DNA of 36,309 bases, filler included, from Atractiella rhizophila (lineage: Eukaryota): the NCBI GenBank assembly GCA_021432655.1. It is 32 parts of 32 records of this genome, joined end to end, with 100 filler letters (N's around TTAATTAATTAA, not from the genome) between each part and the next. Parts side by side here need not be neighbours in the genome. Positions count along the whole stretch, not along the records: positions 21,918 to 22,952 come from MU273165.1; positions 23,053 to 24,086 come from MU273166.1; positions 24,187 to 25,220 come from MU273167.1; positions 25,321 to 26,344 come from MU273168.1; positions 26,445 to 27,463 come from MU273169.1; positions 27,564 to 28,581 come from MU273170.1; positions 28,682 to 29,692 come from MU273171.1; positions 29,793 to 30,800 come from MU273172.1; 24 more parts are not named here. One strand, 5' to 3'. Position 1 is the first letter of the stretch. Each line of letters starts with the position of its first letter. This document shows, piece by piece, positions 22,741 to 34,277 of the stretch. Both the position numbers and the translations under genes were made by a program. The notes beneath the pieces were generated by a model. That model did not search any database, was not told the DNA's origin, and saw only the letters and a list, made by a program, of their open reading frames with translations.

Positions 22741-22940
22741 GATCAAACGGTCATTCCTAATGAATACGAGACATTCCGCGGTCATTTTAGTAGATACTAT
22801 GTATCAACCTACAAACGGCCATTCCCATGGATCAAGTGGTTATTTCTGATGGATACAAGGCATTCCGCGGTCATTTTGGTGGATGCGAACAAACGGCCAT
22901 TCTCGTGAACAAGCTGGGTCAAATGATCATTCCCAATACA
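22741..22940. repeat. Degenerate ~89-bp tandem repeat, about 2.3 copies
   Basis: Units start at 22741, 22830 and about 22917. The first two share CATTCCGCGGTCATTTT and ACAAACGGCCATTC, with an internal sub-repeat RYGGYCATT. Confidence 0.85.
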
Positions 22941-23052
22941 TCTGCTGGATGANNNNNNNNNNNNNNNNNNNNNNNNNNNNNNNNNNNNNNNNNNNNTTAA
23001 TTAATTAANNNNNNNNNNNNNNNNNNNNNNNNNNNNNNNNNNNNNNNNNNNN

Positions 23053-23330
23053 CAAGACCGCCAAATCGATCAGCATGATCATATATTGTATTTGGAGCAT
23101 GACCTTGTGGTAAAGCCTTATGTTTTTGAAACCTCTTCTTCGTATTGCTGTATCGTGCTTGTTCTTCATCTAGAATTTGCTGGATCCATGGCATTATCAA
23201 GGCACGAAAAAGATATCTATCACCAAGTCAGGAAAGGCTTCATGAAATTCAGAGTGAGATATACATATCGAGAACCTCTTCTGGGGCATAAATACCATTG
23301 TCCACTGCTCATTGTAGTACCTACTTATTT
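23053..23330 (-). pseudogene. Integrase-core (DDE, IS3EU/IS481-like) fungal transposase remnant
   Basis: Intron 23264-23217 joins Q*AVDNGIYAPEEVLD to YLFRALIMPWIQQILDEEQARYSNTKKRFQKHKALPQGHAPNTIYDHADRFGGL. This resembles the PWLQxELD...NNTxKR...KxLPxG.P..IY...FG segment recalled from basidiomycete integrase-core transposases. In-frame stops lie upstream. Confidence 0.55.
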
Positions 23331-23459
23331 TGAACTTTGGCCGTGTCGTGAGGTCCGATTTTGACAGCTCTCACCATGCGATAGTCTCGGCGAGGAGGAA
23401 GGAAAGAGAGAGCCGGGTTACTGTGGGTTGACTGTTCGGGTGTCGTAGCATGGTGTGAC

Positions 23460-24073
23460 CGGAAGTCACGCTGTTGTCCTTTCCCATGTTCTCCCTGTAA
23501 GTGTTATTGCTATTGCATGGCAGCTCGTGCTGTCGGCGCCGTTTGCTCCTTCATTTTCCCTTGTCAGGCCAGCCTTCATGCGGAATGATATGCTTGCGCA
23601 TGTACGTAATAAAACGTGCCAGCCAAACCTGTCCTGAAACAGGAGAGGGCCGGCCTTGCTTCACGGTCGTGGATTGACATTGCTGGAACTATTGTGGACT
23701 GGTTCGACGGAGTTGCACCGGCAATATCACTATTGCCATACCCATCCGCAATCAAGGTATATTTTCCATATACTGCATATACTGCCATATCAACATTCTC
23801 TAAGAAGGGGCCACAACACAGATCAGCCAGGTGCAGACGGTGTGTTGCCGGGATGCATTCAGTCTGGTGGGTCGAGGTGCGTTCGTGCGTTCTTCTTTTT
23901 CTTTCATTTGCCCTTTCCGATGACTTCCGACCCTGCAGCTTCCAGAAGATTCTATTCCAAGCGTTGTTGACGTGGAGGATTTTGCAGAGAAGGTTATAAA
24001 AGGTGTGCCACCTCTTTCTCCTCTTCATCCCAGCGTCGAATTTGATGCTCATGGTAGAGCCTGTCCGATCTGA
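23460..24073 (+). pseudogene. Intron-rich hypothetical gene fragment, probably decayed
   Basis: Introns 23497-23567, 23602-23642, 23757-23807 and 23877-23938 give a continuous frame: ...PAFMRNDMLAH ERAGLASRSWIDIAGTIVDWF...IK GPQHRSARCRRC...WWVE LPEDSIP...CPI*. In-frame TGA codons lie just upstream. Confidence 0.4.
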
Positions 24074-24186
24074 GGAAATCAGGTCGNNNNNNNNNNNNNN
24101 NNNNNNNNNNNNNNNNNNNNNNNNNNNNNNTTAATTAATTAANNNNNNNNNNNNNNNNNNNNNNNNNNNNNNNNNNNNNNNNNNNN

Positions 24187-24360
24187 TCGAGCGCCCGATG
24201 GGATATCCTCAGGTTTTCTAACGTCGATTTCTCGTTGAAGAGTCCTAGTGAGGGATCGAGAAGGTGGACGAGGGTTGGAGACGGTGCTACGCCTAGGGAA
24301 GCGGCCAAGCTGACCAAGGCGGCGTCAGAGAAGATGTAGTCCAACAGCAACTCTTTCGTC
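24187..24360 (-). CDS. Internal exon of a hypothetical gene (partial copy at 16222-16288)
   Basis: Follows a clear acceptor (ACTAAC...GCTGAT..ACAG) and reads TKELLLDYIFSDAALVSLAASLGVAPSPTLVHLLDPSLGLFNEKSTLENLRISHRAL. The difference from the other copy is synonymous (TCT/TCA). Confidence 0.55.
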
Positions 24361-25320
24361 CTGTATATCAGCTTGGTTAGTCATTGCCCGTTTCATTCAT
24401 TCAACGTGCGAAAAGGCATTCGAAGATAAAGAAGTTCCTCCAATCAGCGGGGGACTATGAATTCATACATAAATCCTTGGGAGCTCATCCCTCTGACTAC
24501 CTCATATCACACACACGACAATCCCCCTTGCACATGGGCCACTTGAAGCCGGAACGAGTCTCCTCTTCCTCTGCAACAGGGACTTGCAGCTGCCAACTCG
24601 AGCTCCTTCGGCACAGGCCAATAGTATTTCTTCCTACCAGCATAAATTGGTCTCATGATTCTGTACCAAGATACAGTTATCAAGTGGTAGTCTTTGTCAG
24701 TCGTGAAAGTCAAGAAATACACGATGTCCCTCCTTAAATTAATCTTTTCCAATATTTTACGCGTGGCCCATCTGCTTCTTCACAGTGATCAAGAAAACGT
24801 ATGTGCGTATGCAGCGGTCGTGTGTGTGAAACAGAACCTCCCCGTCTCCATGGAATAATAGCTGGACGAATTTTGTTCGGAAGTCACGTCCTTGAGGCTT
24901 GCATATAATATAAACAGTGCGGCGTTCTTTCCTTTCGTCCTCACATTTTGCGACGTGCCTCTTTGCTCTCCTGACGAACAGCATTCACTTAACTCTCAAA
25001 GAAGAGGGTGAGAGATTAACCCAACGAAACGCAAAATTCTCACAATCAAGCAAACTTCGCCGTATTGAAGAGCACTGAAAGCCTCTCAATCTTACACGGG
25101 AAAGGAAATGAAAGGAAGGACAAAGTTCCACACCTCACACGACAACCCAGCAAGAGGAAAAGGTGACACACCTAACAGGCAACCAAGGCCACCTCGCCTG
25201 AATCTCTTCCGCACCTAACANNNNNNNNNNNNNNNNNNNNNNNNNNNNNNNNNNNNNNNNNNNNTTAATTAATTAANNNNNNNNNNNNNNNNNNNNNNNN
25301 NNNNNNNNNNNNNNNNNNNN

Positions 25321-26344
25321 GGCAAACCGCTTCGCACTTTCGACGCTTCCCCTTCACTCGTGGAAGCGCCGTCGGGTGGACCGAAGAAGATGAACTGGCC
25401 TGTGATGCGGTGGTCACCCGACGAAAAGTATTTGGCAAGAGTGACGATCGGACAGAGCGTGTCGGTGTACGATGTGCCGGGGATGGGTCTGTTGGATAAG
25501 AAGAGTATCAAGTTGGAAGGCGTGAAGGATTTTGCGTGGAGACCGTCAACGAGGAGCTTCGACTCGGGAGAGGAGGATGAGGCGAAGAAGCCATGGGAAA
25601 ATATGCTCGCTTATTGGACACCTGATATTCAGAATCAGCCGGCTAGGGTCACCGTCATGGCTATTCCAAGCAGGAACGTCGTGCGGAGCAAGAATCTGTT
25701 CAATGTATCCGATGTGCGTCGTCGCTCACCCTCAACCCGTTCGATTGACTAAACGTTTTGCTGACAGTGTCAACTATTCTGGCAATCCTCCGGCGACTTT
25801 CTTTGCGTCAAAGTGGACCGTCACACGAAGACGAAGAAGTCGACATTCTGTAACCTTGAGATCTTCCGTATACGCGAGAACGATTGCCCGGTCCAAACGC
25901 TCGAGATTAAGGACACGGTGATCCAGTTCGCTTGGGAGCCGAAAGGCGATCGCTTCGTCTTGATACACTCCTCCGATCCAAATGCTACTACCGCTGCTCC
26001 TGGCGTACTTCCAAAGACGAGCGTCAGCTTTTATGGCTTTGACAACAAGAAGGGAGACTTTAGGTTGTTGAGTATGTTTCCTCTTTCCTCACCTCTCCTC
26101 AACTGGACATTGTCGTCTGATGCTTTGACACTCTCACAGAGACATATGACGGCAAAACGGCCAATCTGCCATATTGGTCGCCGAAAGGAAGACACGTCAT
26201 TCTCTCCACCCTTGGATCGAGCTCGAAATATGACTTGGAGTTCTGGGACCTTGATTTAAACAATGAAGGAAAGCCGGAGGGAAGTAGGGACCCTGCTGCT
26301 GGGATTCAGCTCATCAAAGCGTTCGAACATTATGGCATGACGGA
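25321..26344 (+). CDS. PRT1: Translation initiation factor eIF3 subunit B, internal fragment
   Basis: GLLDKKSIKLEGV, LAYWTP...PARV, KNLFNVSD CQLFWQSSGDFLCVKVDRHTKTKK, FAWEPKGDRF, WSPKGRH, LEFWD and EHYG. Introns 25714-25767 and 26072-26139. Confidence 0.98.
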
Positions 26345-27563
26345 NNNNNNNNNNNNNNNNNNNNNNNNNNNNNNNNNNNNNNNNNNNNTTAATTAATTAA
26401 NNNNNNNNNNNNNNNNNNNNNNNNNNNNNNNNNNNNNNNNNNNNTAGATAGAAAGAAATTTCATGCACACGCACGCGGAAGGCGCTCGTAAAGATGCGAA
26501 GGTACAGAAGGCTTCCATGAAGGCGAGCAGACTCCAGTTCGCGAGGATTTCGCGGAGGGGCGCGACCAGCCATCTTGCGAGTTTTCACAATGCCCATTCG
26601 TCAGTGCTTCTGTCATTTTGTAGCTGAATAGTTGACACTGCAACTTGCCCCAACGAAAAAAAGTTATTTATTAAATGTTCTCTGAAATTGCGGGAGTCAA
26701 CCGCTTCTTGCCACACAATTCTAAGGTTTCGACTTTGGGCCTTCCATCCGGGTTCTTGGAAACACACCAATTGACAAAAATCGAAGCCACTCCAAAATAC
26801 GGATTTTAGGTCTAGTTTTAAGGACTAGTTTTAGGAGGAAGACATGATATAAGGCAGACCGAATCAAGTTGTAGCGTTGTTGGAGAGCTGTGTTGTACAG
26901 GTGAGTGGTAGTTTCCGCGAGATTCCTTACGCAGTACTAGTATTAGGCAGCTGAGAGCCTGTTTTATTTTGTGTTCTGTGTCCCTTGCTGATGAGATCGC
27001 GAAGTACCACCCGTTCTCTGCCAGTCGGCATGAGGTGCAGGGTTTCTGGCGTTTGCATCACCAGCAATCAACCGCTCTGTAAGAGTTTTACCTCGAAGAA
27101 TCCTTCATGACTATCACAGATCTCCACCAATGCATTGCTCAATCTCGTGGTTCTGCTCAAATTACATAGTTCCATTGGCGTTTACTTGCAGGCTATGATG
27201 TCTCATCTAAACCTTACATTCAGAAGCAGAGGAGAACCGTGCATTTCGTACACATACAGCACATACAGATACAGTTTACTATTTCCAGCAGGGAAATATT
27301 CTTTGAATAATCAATTCGTTGTTTCACTTCTTCACACGTTGAAAGCTTGTTGATACACCTTCTTCCTAAAATCGGCACATAGATGGGTCTGGTTCATCTT
27401 GTGCAACGGGTCGCCGGTCCTGTTGTTGGTAAACGTTAGTTTCGGATGGCCGGAAGAGAGTGANNNNNNNNNNNNNNNNNNNNNNNNNNNNNNNNNNNNN
27501 NNNNNNNTTAATTAATTAANNNNNNNNNNNNNNNNNNNNNNNNNNNNNNNNNNNNNNNNNNNN

Positions 27564-28581
27564 TCCACCAAGAGCGTAGCAGCATCAGCTTTCGGATTGT
27601 CTCAGCCTTGAGAGAAGCACGGCGAAGTGAGATCACATCTCTGCCCGAAGAGAACACCTGCTCCACCGCTACCGCTGATGCTAGTTGTGGATTGACTCGT
27701 AGCAAAACTTGATCGTCGCTTTCCCTCGGGTTACACCACCAGTTTTCTACATGTTGTACAGTGCATCAGTATCTTGTTGCCAGCACAGCAGAGAAAATCA
27801 AGCATACCTTCTGCTTCCCATCCGCATTGGGCTCTTTGTCAGTTGACGAATCTTCTTGATCCGTAAACACCTGCAACCACATTCACTCAGTTGGCTGACT
27901 CAAACGAGGAATAGAGGACTCACATCTTCTGCTCGACCCGTCACTCCTTCCCATTTCTTCTTACTATCCCTTTCCTTTTCTCTCTTCCTCTGACTCCTTG
28001 TCTTCCCCTTCCCATCATCTCCGTTTCGCATCTCTCTAAGAGCATCTGCAGTTGCTCTGTTCATCTCTGCTTCTCCGTCATCACTGCACTCTCCCTCTGG
28101 CTCAACGCTCAACCTCTCCTCCACTTCCGGACGGAAGTAATCCAAGTCTTGTGCATCTTGCACAGGATCCTCCAATTCCCCGGCATCAATGAGGACACAC
28201 ACAAGAGCCGCTCCAACGACGTGCAGATGGCAAAGACTGCTCAGAGACAACCGGAAAGCATCCAATTTGACTCCAAAGTAAGGACCAGAGCTTGTTGAAG
28301 GATTTGATGCCGGCTGGGCCCACCAATGTCATCCAATTTGAATCCACTGCTCTTGGTGCCAAACTGGACGAATTCATCATCCTCGTCAAGCAGCTGGTTC
28401 TCTTCGGCATTTGTTTTCGTGATGGTGTTAAGGAGGAGGTTTGTGACGATAGGTACGGTAGCATTTTCATCCTAAGTCACAACGCTGGCTAAGCTCATTA
28501 AAATATGAAAACAATGGAACTTGCCTTCAGCCTCTCCAAGCTCTTTGCGAGACCTTCTCCTTCCGACAAGAGGTACTTTGT
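27564..28581 (-). pseudogene. hAT transposase remnant, internally deleted or rearranged
   Basis: The C-terminal dimerisation motif ASAVAVEQVFSSGRDVISLRRASLKAETIRKLMLLRSWW lies at 27564-27680. Upstream spliced exons carry a CxxH-like segment (LCHLHVV) and an acidic linker, with frameshifts. Only the C-terminal motif is firm. Confidence 0.8.
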
Positions 28582-28682
28582 NNNNNNNNNNNNNNNNNNN
28601 NNNNNNNNNNNNNNNNNNNNNNNNNTTAATTAATTAANNNNNNNNNNNNNNNNNNNNNNNNNNNNNNNNNNNNNNNNNNNNA

Positions 28683-29299
28683 GCAAAGGAGAAGAAGAGT
28701 AGGAAAGTTTTGAAGAAGGGAACCGGCGCAATAAGTGCTGCCAAGCTGCAGGAGCTAATGGATGAGCGGGAAGAAAAGGAGCGGCGGGAGGAGTTGAGGA
28801 GGACTGAACAGGCAAGGAGAGTTGAGAGCCACCAGAGGGTGAGGGAAGAGAAATACCGTGAAGAGACTTGTCGCAGGATGCATGATCGACAGTTCAATAC
28901 GTCGGGCGAAAAAGGCAAACAGATCGGAAGAAAGGGGAGAGGAGAGGGCCGGAAGAAAGTGAAAGTCGTGCACATCATGACGGGAGTGGAAGGAACCGAA
29001 CTGTTGATCATGAGAGAGAGCAGGAAATTGGAGAGGAAGTGAGAGAAGAACTTGCCAGAGACCTGACAGACCATACGCATGGCGATGACGAGCTCCCTGA
29101 TTTCGGCGGATCGGGTATCCACAAAGAAGGTACTGCCACTGTTATGATAGAAGAGGGGAACCAAGCAGAGGAAGCGAGCGAAGTGGAGGAAGACATCGAA
29201 ATGGGTGATATTGACAATTACATTGGCTCCGAAGACGATTTACCAGCACAGCCTGTCATTAGAAGTACCAGAGCACGACAAGTTGCATCAGCAACATGA
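28683..29299 (+). pseudogene. Charged low-complexity C-terminal coding fragment with an apparent frameshift (transposase tail possible)
   Basis: A Lys/Glu/Arg coiled-coil frame runs from the contig start to 29042, and an acidic tail lies in another frame ending at 29299. No clear intron between them. Family unassigned. Confidence 0.3.
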
Positions 29300-29792
29300 T
29301 TCTCACCCTCATGATAGAAGCCAGTTACATGACTTCCTCCACTTCCCTTAATCTGACCTATTATCTTTGTCTAAAGTCATTAAATTATCATGTAGCATAT
29401 TCCTAGTATTTACATCTTAATCATAATGGAATAGCATGTATACAGAGCAGCATTTCATGACTGCTCTAGATTCTCACACCAGTCACAAAAACGAGATGGA
29501 ACCGACTCACCAGGACATCTAAACCGTGCTGAGCGGGTTATCAACCACCTCAGCATACTAATCGCCACCCAATCTCCGTCATTCTCCTCATCACACACAA
29601 CCCGAATACCAATTGGAAGGAGGAGGTGGAGGAGGTTCATCATTGCTCAGGTGCATCCGAGAATCCACTTGGACAGCAAAGTTAGTAAAGAANNNNNNNN
29701 NNNNNNNNNNNNNNNNNNNNNNNNNNNNNNNNNNNNTTAATTAATTAANNNNNNNNNNNNNNNNNNNNNNNNNNNNNNNNNNNNNNNNNNNN

Positions 29793-30228
29793 CGCTCGTA
29801 TCATCTCTCTTAGCAATTGCTCGTTGTCTTACGGAGCACCCTGTATGTTCTCAGCTCTGTCTTTTCAACGATTCCAAGATAATGACCACTGCCTACAGCG
29901 CGACATTCAAAATCGCTTTGCAATCTTCGCGCGAGAGGAGGTCTCGAGTTGGTACACAACGCACCACAAGCCGACTAACGATCCTTTGACGCGGGAAGCA
30001 ACCAAAGAAGCTGTGAACGCGGTGGTAGCAAGAGCTAGAGAATTGTCTTGTCGGATGGAAAGAGAACGGGTCTGTACTTTCCCCTCCACGTCTTGAAAAA
30101 GTTTAATCACTTTCAAAAAGGCAAACGGTCTAACTCCTGTGACGCAAACCATTCTAGAGCTGATCAACATGTCAACGAATCCTTTCCATCTTGCACACAT
30201 GGAAGCGACCTGGTTCCCGTGGTTGTGA
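29793..30228 (+). CDS. TRA1: Tra1/TRRAP PIKK pseudokinase C-terminus with FATC domain
   Basis: Introns 29843-29898 and 30070-30120 give LLAIARCLTEHPRDIQNRFAIFAREEVSSW...VVARARELSC...QTILELINMSTNPFHLAHMEATWFPWL*. The AIARCLTE...IFxRxEV..W segment and the FATC end are Tra1-type. Confidence 0.9.
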
Positions 30229-30372
30229 TCAGTTTGTAGTCTGTCTTCAATCTTGTTTCTCCGAAGTTGTGCTTTATTCTTCGTTCCGTTGTTTAACCTG
30301 ATTGGCTGCAGGGTCGCACCAATATGTATAACATGCACTGCAATTGTCACATTATTCACATCATTTCTGAAG

Positions 30373-30800
30373 CTATAAGAACACGCCTGTCTGTTCCTCC
30401 TCTTCCTCGGGCTGGATATTCCTAGTGGCTGGCGCAGGCGCGTTGGTTGACGAGGAAAGTTCAGATATTACCACAGTCGCCGCAGTTGACACAGTAGGTG
30501 ATATTCCTGCCAACTGGACACTGCCTGATTGAACATCTGCAGGATCAGTGCTCGGTGCATAATGGGGATTGTCGACCTCCAACCCAGTTTTCTCTGAAAT
30601 GGCCGTACGGATCATCCTTATTCGTTCGTCTTGCCTTTCACTTTTTCCGAGAAATTCAGCCTGAGTATGCGCTTCTTCGATAAGGAGAATGAGAGAACGA
30701 GGCACTTACATGGCCACAACATTCTCGTCGATGACGCTCGCATATTCATTTTTCACGCTTGCGTCGTCTTCTTCTGCCGAAAACGCCACAAGTTCCTGAA
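30373..30800 (-). CDS. TMA17: Tma17/Adc17-like proteasome assembly chaperone, 3' part
   Basis: Intron 30709-30641 gives QELVAF...EYASVIDENVVAIERQDERIRMIR...EEEEQTGVFL*. The ENxxxIxxxxERI coiled coil and terminal GVFL-type tetrapeptide fit this family. Confidence 0.65.
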
Positions 30801-32007
30801 NNNNNNNNNNNNNNNNNNNNNNNNNNNNNNNNNNNNNNNNNNNNTTAATTAATTAANNNNNNNNNNNNNNNNNNNNNNNNNNNNNNNNNNNNNNNNNNNN
30901 GTAGTGCCTGTATGCTCAGCACGACGGACACGCGAACACGCCAATGTTCTGCGGACTCCGAATCAAGGTGGAGGTGGTGTTTGTCGGATTGAGGAGTCAA
31001 GACTAGGCAAGTGAAGCGAGTGAAGACACATGGCGCATGCTCTGTGTGGATATTGTTGGGATGGGGATGGGATGAATTCGAGCGGAACTAGGGGAAAGGA
31101 TATGACGGAAGGAGACTGTGAGCTGTTCCACCTCACCAGAGATGTGGAATAAAGGGTCCGGTTCTTCGATTGATTGTCATGAGGCTGTGACTACATGTCC
31201 CCAATGTTGAATGTTGTTATTCATTGCTACCAATCCAACTCAAGGTGTGATTCGTGCGTTGCCATAAATCTTTTCTCACCGTCTCCGTATGCTGGTGTGC
31301 AGAAACTCATCGTACTCTTGTATATGCGTTTGTTTCAGACTGCTTCAAGCAAACCATCTTGCTTCCATTCTGAGTCTGTTGTCAGAGGGATCTCAAAAAG
31401 AACAGAACAGATGAAGGAGCTTACTCCTCCGCTGCTGAATTTCTATGGTGAATTTCTATGGTAGAGAGGAACCTACGCCGGACAAACCTGTCTTTGAAAG
31501 GTGACTGAAACCCACGCTAGAATCGTCACCTTCTCCTTCGACTTGGGACTACACCGTCCAATCCTGAGAGAGCAATCTTGAGTCCTTCCGTTTGCTTCCG
31601 CTCTTACGTCCTGTAATTCAGGCGAAGTCGCTCCGAGATCGCAAAAAGCAGAGAATAACAATCGCTGTCAAATACCTGTGTGGCACCGTGTGAATCTATG
31701 GAGTACCTCGAACTAGGGGCATTGAACGAATTGTTATAGCGTTGCTCTGCTGAATATGCGGAAGCGGATCATTATATCCAAGTCCAGGATTGATTGAACT
31801 GCCTTGGAAAGTGCGACTAGGGGTTAGATAAATGATCCCCTGCTGTCTCAAACCAGCCAGCATGGGCAACCAACACCACCAGGATCTTGAGGGCGTGGGG
31901 CAGTCNNNNNNNNNNNNNNNNNNNNNNNNNNNNNNNNNNNNNNNNNNNNTTAATTAATTAANNNNNNNNNNNNNNNNNNNNNNNNNNNNNNNNNNNNNNN
32001 NNNNNCG

Positions 32008-32586
32008 AATATCGACAAATCGAATGTTTTGGACACACGGAACTTTCAGCTCGACGACGAAGAACCTGACCCTGAACCTGACTTGGGCTTCCCTCCAGAA
32101 CGCTCGACTGATTCGCAAGGCAGAGATGTCTTTCGAGGCTTTTCATTCGATCAGGCCGATTCAGCAAGAAGTACAGGGACATCTAGTTCCACTTCACCCA
32201 GGTTTGTTTCTTTTGAAAGGTCGAGAATAGACGTCCTTCCTACCTGCACAGGAGAAACTCAGTTCCATCGCGAAGACGCAGTCGTCTCCTTAGACGCACC
32301 ACGGCTTTTCGCCACTAGCACTAATTCTCTTGAACGCCGCCGAGGGTCAGCTCAAGAGACAGCGAAGGAGGGAATTCCAGGGCCAAATGGGAAGGAGAAC
32401 TGTCTAGGAGGTGCAATTCTTGACGGAGCTTTGGGACGCATGAGCAAACCGGAGAAGAATGCCATGAGTTATGACGTTCTCGAGGACGAACAAGTGGAGA
32501 GAATCCTGCGGAAGAGAAAGCAAGCAGGTGTCAGTGTGGAAATGGCTGATTTACCAGTCAAGAGGACTAAATTCGAGCATGTCTAG
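32008..32586 (+). CDS. C-terminal part of a hypothetical, largely disordered protein
   Basis: Frame open for more than 190 codons from the contig start to TAG at 32586. Ends in a bipartite-NLS-like RKRK...VKRTK. Confidence 0.55.
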   Translation, partial: NIDKSNVLDTRNFQLDDEEPDPEPDLGFPPERSTDSQGRDVFRGFSFDQADSARSTGTSSSTSPRFVSFERSRIDVLPTCTGETQFHREDAVVSLDAPRLFATSTNSLERRRGSAQETAKEGIPGPNGKENCLGGAILDGALGRMSKPEKNAMSYDVLEDEQVERILRKRKQAGVSVEMADLPVKRTKFEHV

Positions 32587-33493
32587 AAGTCCGCTAGTTA
32601 ATAGAAAGGCAGGATTGGGAACCAAAGGCGGCAATCAATCTCAATGATTGCAAGGCATACTGTCGGGATGTAGATAAGGAAAAGCAGGATGATTAACCTT
32701 TCTTTGGGCAGGTTTTCTGGGTCCATTCACAAAACGAATATGTATTGATAATGTTTGAGTACTGACTGCTATTACATATGCACTGACTACAGAAAAGAGA
32801 AAGATTATCGACGATAAATCATGTCTGCTGTGAACGATGCCTGGGTCTAAATAGCGAAAAGAGTAATACGCTTCGAGAAGTTGGTGAAAGTCACTACAAA
32901 GGCTACTAAATCTGATCCTCAAGCGGCTGTACCAATGTGTTCAGATAGAGAATCCTACGTCGACGCCTGATCCTTCTTCGCGTCTTGTCCACTCCCGGAA
33001 GAATCTAGCNNNNNNNNNNNNNNNNNNNNNNNNNNNNNNNNNNNNNNNNNNNNTTAATTAATTAANNNNNNNNNNNNNNNNNNNNNNNNNNNNNNNNNNN
33101 NNNNNNNNNTGGAAACTTCAGATACAGTGTCTTCCGTCCCTGAATTGGCTGAGGCGGACGGTCAAGCAATGTCAGGCGAAGGAGGCGAAGCTCTTCAATG
33201 ATCGACCATAATCTTCCGAAGCTTGTTGAGACGAACAACGACCTACGGAGGACAAAAATGTACAAGAGATGGGCTTTGCGCAGCAAGAAAACAAAGAAAA
33301 CAAGACTGGAATTGCGAGTTCTTCCTTACTTACATGGGTTTGGATGAAAGGAGGAGGAAGAGACCTTGAGAAGAGACGACGATAAAAACATCACCATGGC
33401 TAACTGCTATTCAGCCGCTCACCCTCCTGCATTAGTATCAAAAGCTTCAAGTTCAGAAGCAAACACCCTACCAGACCCAACCTAAAACGAGGA

Positions 33494-34109
33494 ATGTCGA
33501 ATCAGAGTCAAGAAGTTCCTGAGATGAGCAGCAGTTGCGCCCAGGTGCAACAAATGTCAGCTTCATCCAGTTCCACCCCTGCAATCGGAAAGCAACGACG
33601 ATATAGGAAAGCAGTAAGCTTTCTTCCATAGTCTTCAATTTATATCTCACCCTTGCCAAGGTGAGCTGCAGCAATTGTCGTCTGAAGAAAGTCAAGTGCG
33701 ATCGGTCATCGAACTGTTCAAGCTGTCGAGTGAGAGGAGAAACCTGTGTGTGGGAAGACGGTGCGGTTCCCAAGTGAGTACAACTTGGTCTCCCCTCTAC
33801 CTTTATTTGCTGAACCTTTGTTCCATAGACAAGAACCTGACGTGAACCTTGAAGCTGAGGTCGCACGGTTAAACGATACCGTGGCAGTCTTGACCAATCG
33901 AATCGACGTGCGTCTCCTTCTTGTTCCTTCAGGAGAATGTAGACTGATGACGAAATGCAGGTGCTGGAGCGTCTCCTGTCCATGCGCGTACGAGAGGACT
34001 TTATGGCAGAAGATCAACTGCCGAAGGACAACAAGCGCAAGCGACGGCATTCTCGCGAACGAGATGGAGAGAGATACAACAGCTCTTTCTCCTCCCCCAG
34101 TCCCTGCGC
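33494..34109 (+). CDS. Zn(II)2Cys6 fungal transcription factor, 5' part
   Basis: ATG at 33494, introns 33614-33660, 33774-33828 and 33908-33960. CSNCRLKKVKCDRSSNCSSCRVRGETC is Cx2Cx6Cx5Cx2Cx6C, followed by a heptad coiled coil (LEAEVARLNDTVAVLTNRIDVLE). Confidence 0.95.
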
Positions 34110-34277
34110 NNNNNNNNNNNNNNNNNNNNNNNNNNNNNNNNNNNNNNNNNNNNTTAATTAATTAANNNNNNNNNNNNNNNNNNNNNNNNNNNNNNNNNNN
34201 NNNNNNNNNGTCTCTTGTGTGGTAGTGAGTATGGGTGACTACTATGCAATGCAACATCATGTATCGCTATCATACTA

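Noticed and set aside
23576..24052. 158-aa minus-strand ORF from the ORF track
   Set aside because: All convincing splice signals here are on the plus strand, so the ORF is most likely an antisense shadow.
28634..29217. Hydrophobic minus-strand ORFs resembling membrane proteins
   Set aside because: They are antisense readings of the purine-rich, Glu/Lys/Arg-coding plus strand.
31750..31774. 18S rRNA 3' end / ITS1 junction look-alike (GCGGAAGCGGATCATTA)
   Set aside because: Short imperfect match with no flanking rRNA similarity.
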